Numbered from the stretch's first letter, positions 7,956 through 16,523 are shown. The stretch is 44,605 bases of DNA from Dehalococcoidia bacterium (GCA_030651175.1 JAUSCR010000029.1:1-44605); one strand, 5' to 3'. Program-made: numbers and translations. The notes: a model not told the origin generated them from the letters alone.

Positions 7956-8690
7956 ATGCCTGAACCACCTACCATCTTGGAACTCATACGCAACGGCACC
8001 ATGAGCGCCGAGATGGCGGCTACTTTGTGGGCCGCCGTGGACCAGCGCCTCTCCTTCGTCACGGTGGCTATACCGCGCCTGGCCGGCAAAACCACTACGA
8101 CTAACGCCATCCTGTCGCTCCTGCCGCCTGATGTGCCTGTCCACCGCCTGAGCGGAGACGAGGCGGAGATGGCCCGCCTGAAGAAGGCGGCCACGGGTGG
8201 ATACCTGGTGGTTGGCGAGTTCGCCCAGGCGCCGATACCCACATACATCTGGGGCGCGCCCGTGCGCCGTGTCTTCGACACCCTGACAGCTGGCTACTCC
8301 CTGGCGGTAGCCCTTCACGCCCGCAGCCTTCAGGAGACATTCGATGCCATCTGCCTGGGCAACGGCGTCACCGACGAGCAGGCGTCGCGCATCGGCATGA
8401 TGCTCTACATTCGCCGTTTCGGTGAGGATCCATCCAGCTTCTGGCGCCGCCTCTCAGAGGTGCATGAGATAGACCGGGTGCAAGCTGGACGACCCGCGGG
8501 CCGGCTGCTTCACCGGTGGGTGGAGAAAGACGACCGCTTCGAGTTGGTGGATGCGCCCAGGAAGGTGAGCGCCAGCCCTGCGGAGTTGGCCGCTCGGACG
8601 GCCCGCCTGAAGGACATGGTGGAGGCGCGACGCACCTCTGCTGCGAACGTGGCTAGCATGGTGGCTGAGTACCACCGGATGTCATTCTGA
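7956..8690 (+). CDS. Stand-alone PilT/VirB11-like (type II/IV secretion NTPase family) ATPase core with a degenerate Walker A
   Basis: 244 aa. ELIRNGTMSAEMAATLWAAVDQRLSFVTVAIPRLAGKTTTTNAILSLLPP resembles the P-loop region of secretion ATPases. YLVVGEF resembles Walker B and AVALHARS the His box. The last codons and the stop lie in a repeat module (GTCATTCTGAGCGCAGCGAAGAATC). Confidence 0.5.
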   Translation: MPEPPTILELIRNGTMSAEMAATLWAAVDQRLSFVTVAIPRLAGKTTTTNAILSLLPPDVPVHRLSGDEAEMARLKKAATGGYLVVGEFAQAPIPTYIWGAPVRRVFDTLTAGYSLAVALHARSLQETFDAICLGNGVTDEQASRIGMMLYIRRFGEDPSSFWRRLSEVHEIDRVQAGRPAGRLLHRWVEKDDRFELVDAPRKVSASPAELAARTARLKDMVEARRTSAANVASMVAEYHRMSF

Positions 8691-8731
8691 GCGCAGCGAA
8701 GAATCTAAAGCGTTAGGATTGACCTCGGCAG

Positions 8732-8847
8732 GCTGCCGAAAAAGAGGAGTGCAGAGGGGCGAAGCCCCTTTGCTGGGGGTCTGGGGGTATCCCCCAGATT
8801 TGTTTTCTACCCCCTTCCTGGTAGGAAGGGGGCCAGGGGTATGGTAG
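8732..8847 (+). repeat. Family-A composite repeat, copy 2
   Basis: GCTGCCGAAAAAGAGGAGTGCAGAGGGGCGAAGCCCCTTTGCTGGGGGTCTGGGGGTATCCCCCAGAT...CCCCCTTCCTGGTAGGAAGGGGG...GGTATGGTAG. Confidence 0.9.
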
Positions 8848-8860
8848 CACCGACGTGCCG

Positions 8861-9010
8861 GAGTTCAGGGCGAGCGGATTTGTTTACTCCCGCTCGTGGT
8901 GAGCTTGTCGAACCACGTGAGCGGCCTAATAATCCCGCTCACCCTGAGCCTGTCGAAGGAAATGAGCGGTCCGTTCTCATGTCACCCTGAGCGCAGCGAA
9001 GGGTCTAAGG
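8861..9010. repeat. Cluster of family-B hairpin modules
   Basis: CCCGCTCGTGGTGAGCTTGTCGAACCACGTGAGCGG, then TAATAATCCCGCTCACCCTGAGCCTGTCGAAGGAAATGAGCGG, then GTCACCCTGAGCGCAGCGAAGGGTCTAAGG. The last is a direct repeat of the 8682-8712 module. Confidence 0.8.
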
Positions 9011-9106
9011 CATCACGCCAGTCACTGGGGTCTGTCTTAGATGCTTCGGTTGTCCCGATGTATCGGGACTCCCTCAGCATGACAGCCGTTACATTGAGCG
9101 GGGCCG

Positions 9107-10090
9107 TTACTCCGCCGGCTCTTGTGTCGGCGAGGGTGACAGGGTGGGCAGCACCACCCTGGCCGCAGCCTTCTCCGCGGCGCTGATGGGGTCAACCTCG
9201 CCTCGTTCCACCGCTTGCGCCAGCTCGGCCAGTTCGCCTTCTCCCTGAAGCAGCCCTTCAATGCGAGAGTGGACCGCCCCCTCCAGGTGGGATAGGAAGG
9301 CCAGTCGCCTTCTTTCCCTGCGCCGCTTCTCTAGCTGTGACGACGAGGCCAGGAACTGCCGGTGCTGCTGGATTCGCTCATACAGCTCCGGCACCCCATC
9401 CCCTGTTTGCGCTTGCGTGGTGACCACTGGCGCCGTCCAGCCTGGCACCCGCTGCCCCAGGGAAAGCATACCCTTCAAAGCATTGACCATGGCCGCAGCG
9501 CCCTCACGGTCGGCCTTGTTCACCACAAAGATGTCGGCTGCTTCCATGAGGCCGGCCTTCATGGTCTGAATGGCGTCGCCGGCCTCCGGCACAAGCACCA
9601 CCACCACCGTATCGGCCACTGTCGTCACATCTATCTCCGACTGGCCCACGCCAGCAGTCTCCACCAGCACCATATCTTTCCCCGCCGCATCCAGAAGCTG
9701 CACCGCCCCCATGAGAGCCGCTGCAATGCCGCCCCGGCTGCCACGGCTGGCCATGCTTCTGATAAAGACGCCGTGGTCCAGGTAGTGGCGTTGCATCCGG
9801 ATCCGGTCTCCCAGAACGGCGCCGCCGGTATATGGACTGGTGGGGTCCACGGCCAGGATTCCAACCGAGCGGCCTTCCTGGCGGATGACGTAGGCCAGCG
9901 CATCCACCAGCGTGCTCTTGCCGCTGCCCGGTGGCCCGGTAACACCAACGCAGTACGACCGGCCCGTGTGCGGGGCGATGGCCTGGAGAAGCTCAGGCAC
10001 TCGAACGTCCTGCCGCTCCACCAGGGAGACCAACTGCGAAAGGGCGTGGCGGTCCCCCGCCAGCAGGCGTTGAATGAGGTCTTGAAGCAA
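9107..10090 (-). CDS. meaB: MeaB/ArgK-type G3E-family GTPase (methylmalonyl-CoA mutase-associated)
   Basis: 327 aa with GVTGPPGSGKSTLVDAL (P-loop), VLVETAGVGQSE and VVNKADREGA (the NKxD motif). TTG start with a GGAGTGGA RBS. Confidence 0.85.
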   Translation of the reverse strand: MLQDLIQRLLAGDRHALSQLVSLVERQDVRVPELLQAIAPHTGRSYCVGVTGPPGSGKSTLVDALAYVIRQEGRSVGILAVDPTSPYTGGAVLGDRIRMQRHYLDHGVFIRSMASRGSRGGIAAALMGAVQLLDAAGKDMVLVETAGVGQSEIDVTTVADTVVVVLVPEAGDAIQTMKAGLMEAADIFVVNKADREGAAAMVNALKGMLSLGQRVPGWTAPVVTTQAQTGDGVPELYERIQQHRQFLASSSQLEKRRRERRRLAFLSHLEGAVHSRIEGLLQGEGELAELAQAVERGEVDPISAAEKAAARVVLPTLSPSPTQEPAE

Positions 10091-10244
10091 TGTCCACTCC
10101 TTAGGGCGCGGCTACGAATGTAGCACCCTCAAGGAAATAGCGTCAAGGAGAGCGTCTTGCATATTTAAGAGGGGCAACAATACACTTGACGCACCAGCCA
10201 TCACTGGAGGATGATTGCGGCGATCCTGACGGCGAGGGCGGCGG

Positions 10245-10706
10245 ATGCTTCAGATTGATGACGCCATTGTTTGGAATATCGTTTTCGTCCTTTTCGGGGT
10301 CGGGGCGACCATTGTCGCCGGGGCAATGCCGATGAACCCGCGCTCGACGACACAGCGGGTAATCCAGATCGGTGCCGTACTGGTGGCGCTCCTATGCTGG
10401 CTTTCGGCGCTAGGGCTTGTGTTCCACCGAGCAATTCCGATCTGGTTCTGGCTGCTTGTTTGGTTGGCCATTGCCGTGACTATACTTTCTTTCGCAAGCA
10501 GGAGCACCACGAGCGAGTGGCTCAGAGACCAGTTGCGTTCAGCGGGCCTAGCTGCGCCTCTAGCCGCTCTCGCCTATGTTGCCGCGATTGCCCATTTTGG
10601 CACCCATTCCAAAGTTGAATTCCCTCTGTTCTTCGACGTGCCATTGGCCGTCGCGGCAGTGTTTGTTGTGGTGCTGTGGTACCAAGCCGGGCGACCCAAG
10701 AGGTAA
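10245..10706 (+). CDS. Hypothetical integral membrane protein (about 4 TM segments)
   Basis: 153-aa ORF with four long hydrophobic stretches (IVFVLFGVGATIVAGA, IGAVLVALLCWLSALGLVF, IWFWLLVWLAIAVTILSF, LAVAAVFVVVLWY). No recognisable family motif. Confidence 0.5.
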   Translation: MLQIDDAIVWNIVFVLFGVGATIVAGAMPMNPRSTTQRVIQIGAVLVALLCWLSALGLVFHRAIPIWFWLLVWLAIAVTILSFASRSTTSEWLRDQLRSAGLAAPLAALAYVAAIAHFGTHSKVEFPLFFDVPLAVAAVFVVVLWYQAGRPKR

Positions 10707-11167
10707 TGCGGAAGTCATGAAGGGGGTATGCGCTTTGCCTTCAACCGCTTGCGCTCCTCAGCCAACCGCCGGTCAGTCTCGGTCTTCGGGACCGAGAAGA
10801 CGCGGCGGGCTACGCGCTCAAACTTGCCGAAGCTACACTATTGACCATAGTTATGCTCGTTTCAGACCTCAAGCCAATGATTGCGCCTGCATTGCAATTA
10901 GGGCCAGGTAGCAATGAACCGTAACCTCGAAGAAGCTCGACGAAGTCGGCTTCCGCAAGCCCCGCACCGTGATATGATTTCAGGGCTTGTCCGCCGAAGC
11001 CCCTGCCCGTCGGGCCTTGGCAGGCGGGTCGGCGTAGGGGGGATGGCGAAGCTCCGCTTCTTGTCCCCCGCAGCTTTAGCGTAGGGGATATGAAGAATTT
11101 ACACACAGAATGAGGTAACATCTATCTTGTCGGGAGTCGCTAAGATTCAACTACGGAGGTAAGTACC

Positions 11168-12061
11168 ATGAGCCAAGCACGAGAACGCTTCAGGGCCATT
11201 CTCTCCAGGAACACCTGCACCCCTGCCGCCTCCATCTTTGACCCTCTGTCCGCCCGCATCGCCGACATGATGGAATGGGAGGCGTGCAAACTGGCCGGTT
11301 CCGTGGCGAAGGCGGCCGACATGGCTGTCCCCGACAGCGTACCGTTCACGAACATGTCTGACCTGGTAGACGTGTGCCGCCGCATCACCCGAGCCGCCAA
11401 TCTACCGCTGATAGTTGACGCCGACGACGGCGGCGCCACACCGGTGAACGTCTTTCGTACCGTTAGAGAGCTGGAGGCCGCCGGTGTATCATGCATTGAG
11501 ATCGAGGACAACCAGGTCCCACCTCGGCTGGACACGGCAGCGGGTCGGCACGCCTTGATGATCCCAAAAGAGGAGCAAGTGGGGAAGCTCAGGGCTGCGG
11601 TAGCGGCCCGCACCGATCCAACCACAGTCATTGCGGCCCGGACCACCGTCCTCGAGCAGAAGCTACCCTTGGAGGAAGCCTTGGAGCGTATCAGGGCATA
11701 CTCCCAGACAGGAGTAGACGCCATCATGCTTCCTGGAGGTAGCGTTACCCGCGCCGACGTCGAAGCCGCGCACCGGGCTACATCGCTGCCCATTATCGTC
11801 ACCACCTCACCGCCCAATCTCAGCCTCAAGGACTCTCCGTTCCTGCTGGCTCACGGGGTAAAGGTCATTTATCTGGGCGTTGGCCTAGGCCAGCCTCCTT
11901 TCGCCATGGCGGTCAAAGCCATATACGACGCCCTGAAGCACTTGAAGGATGGAGGTGCGGCAGAGGACCTGAAAGCCCGTCAGGCCAGCCCGGAGCTTAT
12001 GAGGGCAGTGATCCGGACTGACGAATTCCTGAAGTGGGAGCGCGATTACACTCCTCATTGA
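11168..12061 (+). CDS. Isocitrate lyase / PEP mutase superfamily protein (methylisocitrate-lyase- or oxaloacetate-decarboxylase-like)
   Basis: 297 aa with PLIVDADDGGATPVNVFRTVRELEAAGVSCIEIEDNQ, the metal-binding DxD and (E/K)IED barrel segments of the family. Strong GGAGGT RBS. Confidence 0.8.
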   Translation: MSQARERFRAILSRNTCTPAASIFDPLSARIADMMEWEACKLAGSVAKAADMAVPDSVPFTNMSDLVDVCRRITRAANLPLIVDADDGGATPVNVFRTVRELEAAGVSCIEIEDNQVPPRLDTAAGRHALMIPKEEQVGKLRAAVAARTDPTTVIAARTTVLEQKLPLEEALERIRAYSQTGVDAIMLPGGSVTRADVEAAHRATSLPIIVTTSPPNLSLKDSPFLLAHGVKVIYLGVGLGQPPFAMAVKAIYDALKHLKDGGAAEDLKARQASPELMRAVIRTDEFLKWERDYTPH

Positions 12062-12074
12062 TTCAGGTCATACA

Positions 12075-12145
12075 ACGTTCACAGGAGTGTCCCGCTCATG
12101 GTGGGAGCGCGTGAGCGAATTGTCATTGCGAGCAATCTGGGGCTG
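12075..12145. repeat. Short hairpin modules (family B/C type) preceding repeat A3
   Basis: CCCGCTCATGGTGGGAGCGCGTGAGCG and GTCATTGCGAGCAATC. The reverse complement of the latter (CTCGCAATGAC) occurs at 41481-41491. Confidence 0.6.
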
Positions 12146-12158
12146 GGACGCCCTAACA

Positions 12159-12368
12159 GCCTGCTGAGAAAGGGGAGTCCAGGGGGGCGAAGCCCCCTTG
12201 GCGGGGGAACTGGGGGTGTCCCCCAGGCTCAATTTCACCCCCTTCCTGGCCAGAGCTCCGACTTTGTCGAGAGTTCCGATAAATCGAGAATGCTCGACGG
12301 TAGTCGGACCTGTCCTGAGTATGGCGAAGGAAAGGGGGACAGGGGGATGGTCGAAAGAGTTGGTGTGC
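12159..12368 (+). repeat. Family-A composite repeat, copy 3, with a nested about 75-nt insertion inside hairpin H3
   Basis: Head, H1 and H2 are intact. H3 is split: CCCCCTTCCTGGCCAG [AGCTCCGACTTTGTCGAGAG...CCTGTCCTGAGTATGGCGAAG] GAAAGGGGG. Followed by the tail GGGGATGGTCGAAAGAGTT. Confidence 0.85.
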
Positions 12369-12433
12369 AACCCATCGCTACCTTGCCGGCAGCAGCGAGC
12401 TACTTATCCGAGGCCGCTGCTTCCGTGCCAGGG

Positions 12434-12811
12434 TTAGCTGGATGCGTGCCTCTTCAACGACTGATAGGCTGCGTTGATCTCCTTCATGCGTTGCTCCGCC
12501 AGCTCACGGAACTCCGGCCCCAGGTCAGCCACCTTGTCGGGATGGTACTGTTGCACCAGCCGCCGGTACGCCGCCGAGATCTCCTCCTGCGATGCGCCGG
12601 GGTGGACCCCTAGCACCTCATGAGGCGAACGGTGTCGCTGCGATGGGTTGTCCCTCGGGCCTTGCTCCTGGTTCCGTTGGTCTTGTCCCCAGGGCCCTGG
12701 ACTCCCTGTGTACGTGCCGGTACGGGCCCGCTGGGCTGCCTTCATCACCGCGCGCAGCAAGAACGCCACGATCCATCCCACGAAGATTACCAGCCCCAGG
12801 CGTTGCAACAT
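12434..12811 (-). CDS. Small membrane-anchored J-domain (DnaJ-like) protein
   Basis: C-terminal J domain [33 protein letters not shown]-terminal TM helix [18 protein letters not shown] at 12811 preceded by GGAGAGGGA. The longer 12434-13105 ORF adds only low-complexity upstream read-through. Confidence 0.7.
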   Translation of the reverse strand: MLQRLGLVIFVGWIVAFLLRAVMKAAQRARTGTYTGSPGPWGQDQRNQEQGPRDNPSQRHRSPHEVLGVHPGASQEEISAAYRRLVQQYHPDKVADLGPEFRELAEQRMKEINAAYQSLKRHASS

Positions 12812-13470
12812 AGTTCTGCGTCCCTCTCCAATAGCGCCTCTAGATTGTACCACCTTCCACAGGTCGAGGCTCGCGGACAAAGGATGCTGTTCTGCTTGCC
12901 ACATATGGGGCGGTACATGATTTACCGTTTCGGTTAGCTTGTATGAGCCAAGGGAACTAAAGGGGGCCTTAGAACGAGCCCAGAGGGACACTGGACCTGG
13001 CGCTCCAGATTGGTTGCATTTTGGTAAAGCCAGATTTACCATGCTCCCAACGGAATGGTCGCTATAGCCCAAGGTTAGAGAGATTATTACCCCGGAGTAG
13101 CACAAGTGTCACTTGACAGCAGTGCCTGGGACTCGTACGTTAGTTGCGGTCAATAGTAAGTCCTTCGCGGGACTATTCTGGCGGGACGGATCTGGTGACT
13201 CCCAGAGAAACCCGCACGTAGATATTCATTCAACCGCTGTCTCCTCAGAGCAGTTTCGCCGGCAGGCGCTCTGGGTAGGACAGGTGCACTGCGCGGGATA
13301 GCTTCTAGGCGTGCTTGGGCCGCCTGGGGTTCTTGATCGTTGCTAGCCGCAGCCAGCCACCAGGCTCGACGTGTTACCTTTGCCAGGGGCCAGGTGCTTG
13401 ACTCTGAGGCCATTCGGACTTGTCCATTTGTCCATCAGGTGAGTGGGTTCCGTATTGAAGCGGGGAGGTT

Positions 13471-14313
13471 TTGGCATTGAACTCCGATAAAGCAGAGCTA
13501 ACTATTATCAGCGATGGGAATATCAAGCTTGACGGCGGAGCGATGTTTGGCCAGGTGCCTAAAGTCTTGTGGGAGCAGAAAACGCTGCCCGACCGGAGGA
13601 ATAGGATATCCCTGGGGCTGAACTGCCTTCTAATCAGGAACGGCGGTCATTGTACCCTGGTAGACACTGGAGTAGGCAGCAAGGAACCCGATAAGATAAA
13701 AGACCGGTATGGCCTGGGCAGCAGCCAGTTGGCCAAGGAGCTCCGGAACCGGGGACTGACTCCCAAAGATATTACCGGGGTCATTTTGACCCACCTCCAC
13801 TTCGACCATGCCGGAGGCAGCACCCGTCTGGACCGTGCCGGTGAGGCGGTGCCCACTTTCCCCGCCGCCAAATACTATATCCAAAAAGCCGATTGGGAGG
13901 AGGCTATTTCTCCCAACGAACGGTCCAAGGGGTCCTACCACAGCGACGATTTCCTGCCCCTGGAAGAGCGAGGGCAACTGATTCTGCTGGAGGGTGACTC
14001 GGAGGTTGCCCCAGGCGTGCACGTGAGGGTCACAGGCGGTCACTCCCAAGGCCACCAGATGGTGTTGGTGAACTACGGGGGTGAGCGGGTAGCCTTCATG
14101 GGCGACCTGGTTCCAACGCCCCATCACCTCCGGTTGCCGTATGTTACCTCCTATGACCGGTTTCCTGAAGACACGCTGGAGAAAAAACGAGCCTTGCTAG
14201 AGGAGGCCGAAAGGTGCGGATGGCTTATCGTTTTTTGTCACGGCTCCAAAGAGCGTGCCGGATACATTGAACGACGGAACGGTGCGCTGAGCTTTCGTCC
14301 AGTAGAGCTATAG
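13471..14313 (+). CDS. MBL-fold metallo-hydrolase
   Basis: 280 aa with THLHFDHAGG (the HxHxDH motif) and downstream His/Asp ligands (GGHSQGH, FMGDLV). TTG start preceded by GGGGAGG. Confidence 0.8.
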   Translation: MALNSDKAELTIISDGNIKLDGGAMFGQVPKVLWEQKTLPDRRNRISLGLNCLLIRNGGHCTLVDTGVGSKEPDKIKDRYGLGSSQLAKELRNRGLTPKDITGVILTHLHFDHAGGSTRLDRAGEAVPTFPAAKYYIQKADWEEAISPNERSKGSYHSDDFLPLEERGQLILLEGDSEVAPGVHVRVTGGHSQGHQMVLVNYGGERVAFMGDLVPTPHHLRLPYVTSYDRFPEDTLEKKRALLEEAERCGWLIVFCHGSKERAGYIERRNGALSFRPVEL

Positions 14314-14468
14314 GCTGCTGAAAAAGGAAAGTCCAGAGGGGCGAAGCCCCTTTGGTGGGGGACTGGGGGTATCCCCCAGATATGCTTTTCACCCCCTTCC
14401 TGGCCAGGAAGGGGGTCATGGGGATGGTCGAAGGAGTTTTTCATCACCCTGATAAGCTGCTGAGCAGG
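14314..14468 (+). repeat. Family-A composite repeat, copy 4 (most complete copy)
   Basis: GCTGCTGAAAAAGGAAAGTCCAGAGGGGCGAAGCCCCTTTGGTGGGGGACTGGGGGTATCCCCCAGATATGCTTTTCACCCCCTTCCTGGCCAGGAAGGGGGTCATGGGGATGGTCGAAGGAGTTTTTCATCACCCTGATAAGCTGCTGAGCAGG. It fills the entire gap between the convergent MBL and mtaB genes. Confidence 0.9.
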
Positions 14469-14469
14469 A

Positions 14470-15870
14470 TCATCCAGGGGGACCACGTCGAGCGGGTCCT
14501 TCTAGTAGAGCACACTGCTGGGGCGCAACCCCGCTCCTGAAAGGATGGATTACTCTTCCCCAGACTACCTCTCTCTCCTGATGCTCCATCACCACGGGAG
14601 TGATGCGGTTGTGCAGAGGCTCTGTTGACCACGTGGCCACTCGCACATAGCTGTCAGTGAGGCCCGCCCACACCTGGTCGCCCGCCACCGAACGACTGGT
14701 TTCCCACAAAACCGGGCATATGGTGCCCATGAGCGTTTGCCGGTAGCGGCGAGCTTGCCCCCTCGCCTGAGCTAGCATTACGTCCATCCTGTGCCGCTTT
14801 TCTGGTTCTGCCACATTCAGGCTTAGGTGCGCCGCGGAGGTGCCGGGGCGCTGCGAGTATGGGAAGGCGTTTAGCCCCGAAAACTCCACATTCCGGCACA
14901 GGTCATGGGTCTCCTGGAACTGTTGCGCTGTCTCTCCAGGAAAGCCCACAATAATATCGGTGGTGATGGCGGCCCGGGCCACCCGCTGCCGGATACTTTC
15001 CGCCGCCTGAACGTACTGCCTGGGCGAGTAGCGCCGGTGCATGGCCTTCAGCACCTCCGCGGAGCCGCTCTGGAGGGGCAGGTGAAAATGCGGGCATAGC
15101 CTAGGGTTTTCCCACAGCGCCAGCAGCTCATCGCTTATCTCCTGGGGCTGTAGAGATGAGACCCGCAGCCGTGGCACTGATGTCTTCTCCAAGAGCCGCC
15201 GGATAAGGCCTGTCAAGGATGCGCCAGGGAGATCGAATCCGTAGGTACCGAGTTGCGTCCCTGTAAGCACCACCTCCTGGTAGCCTTCGGCTGCGAGACG
15301 CTGTATCTGGGCTACCAAAGCATCCGGGTGCAGGCTTCTCTCCCTGCCCCGCACCTTGGGCACTATGCAATAGGCGCAGACCTGGTTGCACCCCTCTTGT
15401 ATCTTCACCGTGGCACGCGTGTGCCCCGGAGCCGGGGCCTGTTCATGCAAAATGGTGTCTGTGGAGCGAGGCCCACTAGCAATAATCCCGCTCATCCTGA
15501 GCCTGTCGAAGGAGATGAGCGGGGCTAGGCCCACAAGCCTGTTCACCTGCTCTAAGAGATTATCCTTCTGGGTGTTGCCCAGCACCAGTCCAACCCCTTC
15601 CACCTGGGCCAGTCGCTCTGGCGCTCGCTGGGCGTAGCAGCCCGTGGCCACCAACAGCGCGCCTGGATTGGCGCGGTGCACGGCGCTCAGGGCACGGCGA
15701 GCCTTGCGGTCGGCCACGTGGGTCACCGTGCAGGTGTTGACCACGCATACGTCCGCCTGGGCTGGGTCATCCACCATCCGATACCCTGCCTCCGCAAAAC
15801 GTCGCGCCAGGGCCTGGGAGTCTGCCTGGTTGAGCTTGCAGCCGTGGGTCTCTATGTAAACGAGTGTCAT
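14470..15870 (-). CDS. mtaB: tRNA (N6-threonylcarbamoyl-A37) methylthiotransferase MtaB (radical SAM MTTase)
   Basis: N-terminal MTTase domain (TLVYIETHGCKLNQ...VVNTCTVT), radical-SAM CNQVCAYCIVP and a TRAM-like C-terminus. The preferred start, ATG 15870, forms an ATGA overlap with the upstream kinase stop. The ORF track starts at 15888. Confidence 0.85.
   Translation of the reverse strand: MTLVYIETHGCKLNQADSQALARRFAEAGYRMVDDPAQADVCVVNTCTVTHVADRKARRALSAVHRANPGALLVATGCYAQRAPERLAQVEGVGLVLGNTQKDNLLEQVNRLVGLAPLISFDRLRMSGIIASGPRSTDTILHEQAPAPGHTRATVKIQEGCNQVCAYCIVPKVRGRERSLHPDALVAQIQRLAAEGYQEVVLTGTQLGTYGFDLPGASLTGLIRRLLEKTSVPRLRVSSLQPQEISDELLALWENPRLCPHFHLPLQSGSAEVLKAMHRRYSPRQYVQAAESIRQRVARAAITTDIIVGFPGETAQQFQETHDLCRNVEFSGLNAFPYSQRPGTSAAHLSLNVAEPEKRHRMDVMLAQARGQARRYRQTLMGTICPVLWETSRSVAGDQVWAGLTDSYVRVATWSTEPLHNRITPVVMEHQEREVVWGRVIHPFRSGVAPQQCALLEGPARRGPPG
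15481..15524. repeat. Family-B hairpin module located inside the mtaB coding sequence, in frame
   Basis: AATAATCCCGCTCATCCTGAGCCTGTCGAAGGAGATGAGCGGGG matches the intergenic copy TAATAATCCCGCTCACCCTGAGCCTGTCGAAGGAAATGAGCGG at 8930-8972 with about 2 mismatches. Confidence 0.8.
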
Positions 15871-16523
15871 CGTCCTTGCCGTGTCCACCGCTGTATCTCC
15901 CTGGCCACCTTTGCTACCACTGGCTCAATGTCGCCAGAGGTATCCACCGATATATGGTCACGTTTAATTGGTTCCTGGAGCGGGCGCATCCGCTGGTACA
16001 CGCCCCAATCGGCATCGGAATGGTCCTGGCGCAAAGGCGTTTTGCCTCGTACATCCAGGCGCTGGCGGACTACCTGGGGCGGCGCTTCCACAAGCACCAA
16101 CATCATTTTGGCATTGTGCCGCTCCGCCAGCCGGTACAGTGGCTCGCGGTGGGCCTCGGCCAGGCTGGTGGCATCCAGCAGCACAGATAGTCGTTGTCCC
16201 AGCAGGAGGTCAATGACCTCATGGATTGCCTGGAACAACCTGGCGCTCTCCTTTGCGGTATGGATGGGAGATGGCGTCAGGACTTTTCGCATGGCATCGC
16301 TCTCCAGCACCGTCAGGGGCGCTTGCTGGGCCAGGCGCTGGCTGAAGTAACTTTTGCCCGTACCAGGCAGCCCGCTGACCACTACCAGCACGGTTTGAAG
16401 CATAGGCTCCGGCAGCAAGCCGTCTAAGCTTCGCAGAAGCCGCCGAGCGTCGCGGGACGCGGCTGTAGCGGCCTGCCCTTCATGGGTGGAGCGGGTATTG
16501 TGGAATCGGTTCATAGATGCCAA
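15867..16523 (-). CDS. P-loop kinase/ATPase (AAA_33 / zeta-toxin-like predicted kinase)
   Basis: 218 aa with Walker A VVSGLPGTGKSYF and an acidic LLDAT segment. Translationally coupled to mtaB. Confidence 0.6.
   Translation of the reverse strand: MASMNRFHNTRSTHEGQAATAASRDARRLLRSLDGLLPEPMLQTVLVVVSGLPGTGKSYFSQRLAQQAPLTVLESDAMRKVLTPSPIHTAKESARLFQAIHEVIDLLLGQRLSVLLDATSLAEAHREPLYRLAERHNAKMMLVLVEAPPQVVRQRLDVRGKTPLRQDHSDADWGVYQRMRPLQEPIKRDHISVDTSGDIEPVVAKVAREIQRWTRQGR

Noticed and set aside
10715-10837. A minus-strand open frame encoding ...FGKFERVARRVFSVPKTETDRRLAEERKRLKAKRIPPS*, which looks like the C-terminus of a real protein and so a possible gene remnant.
   Set aside because: It has an in-frame stop immediately upstream and no usable start codon. 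It is about 40 codons long and I cannot assign a family from memory. It may be a pseudogene fragment but is not supportable from sequence alone.
12068-12613. ORFs built from repeat sequence, with recurrent peptides such as FTPFLARKGV, HPLPGQEGG, GASPLWT and SLSNH. Others include 14225-14486, 18256-18678, 20734-21178, 22332-22808, 27234-27701, 29221-29637, 33576-34244 and 8896-9186.
   Set aside because: The shared peptides are simply translations of the family-A and family-B repeat modules in various frames. They have no RBS or start support and overlap each other on both strands.
14320-14345. AGGAAAGTCCAGAGGGG in the family-A head resembles the RNase P RNA CR-I motif (GAGGAAAGUCCGGGC). A CAGAGAAACCCGC string near 13203 resembles CR-V.
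   Set aside because: The first motif is part of an 11-copy repeat and the second is isolated. Neither is accompanied by the other conserved RNase P RNA regions in the correct order. I treat both as coincidental.
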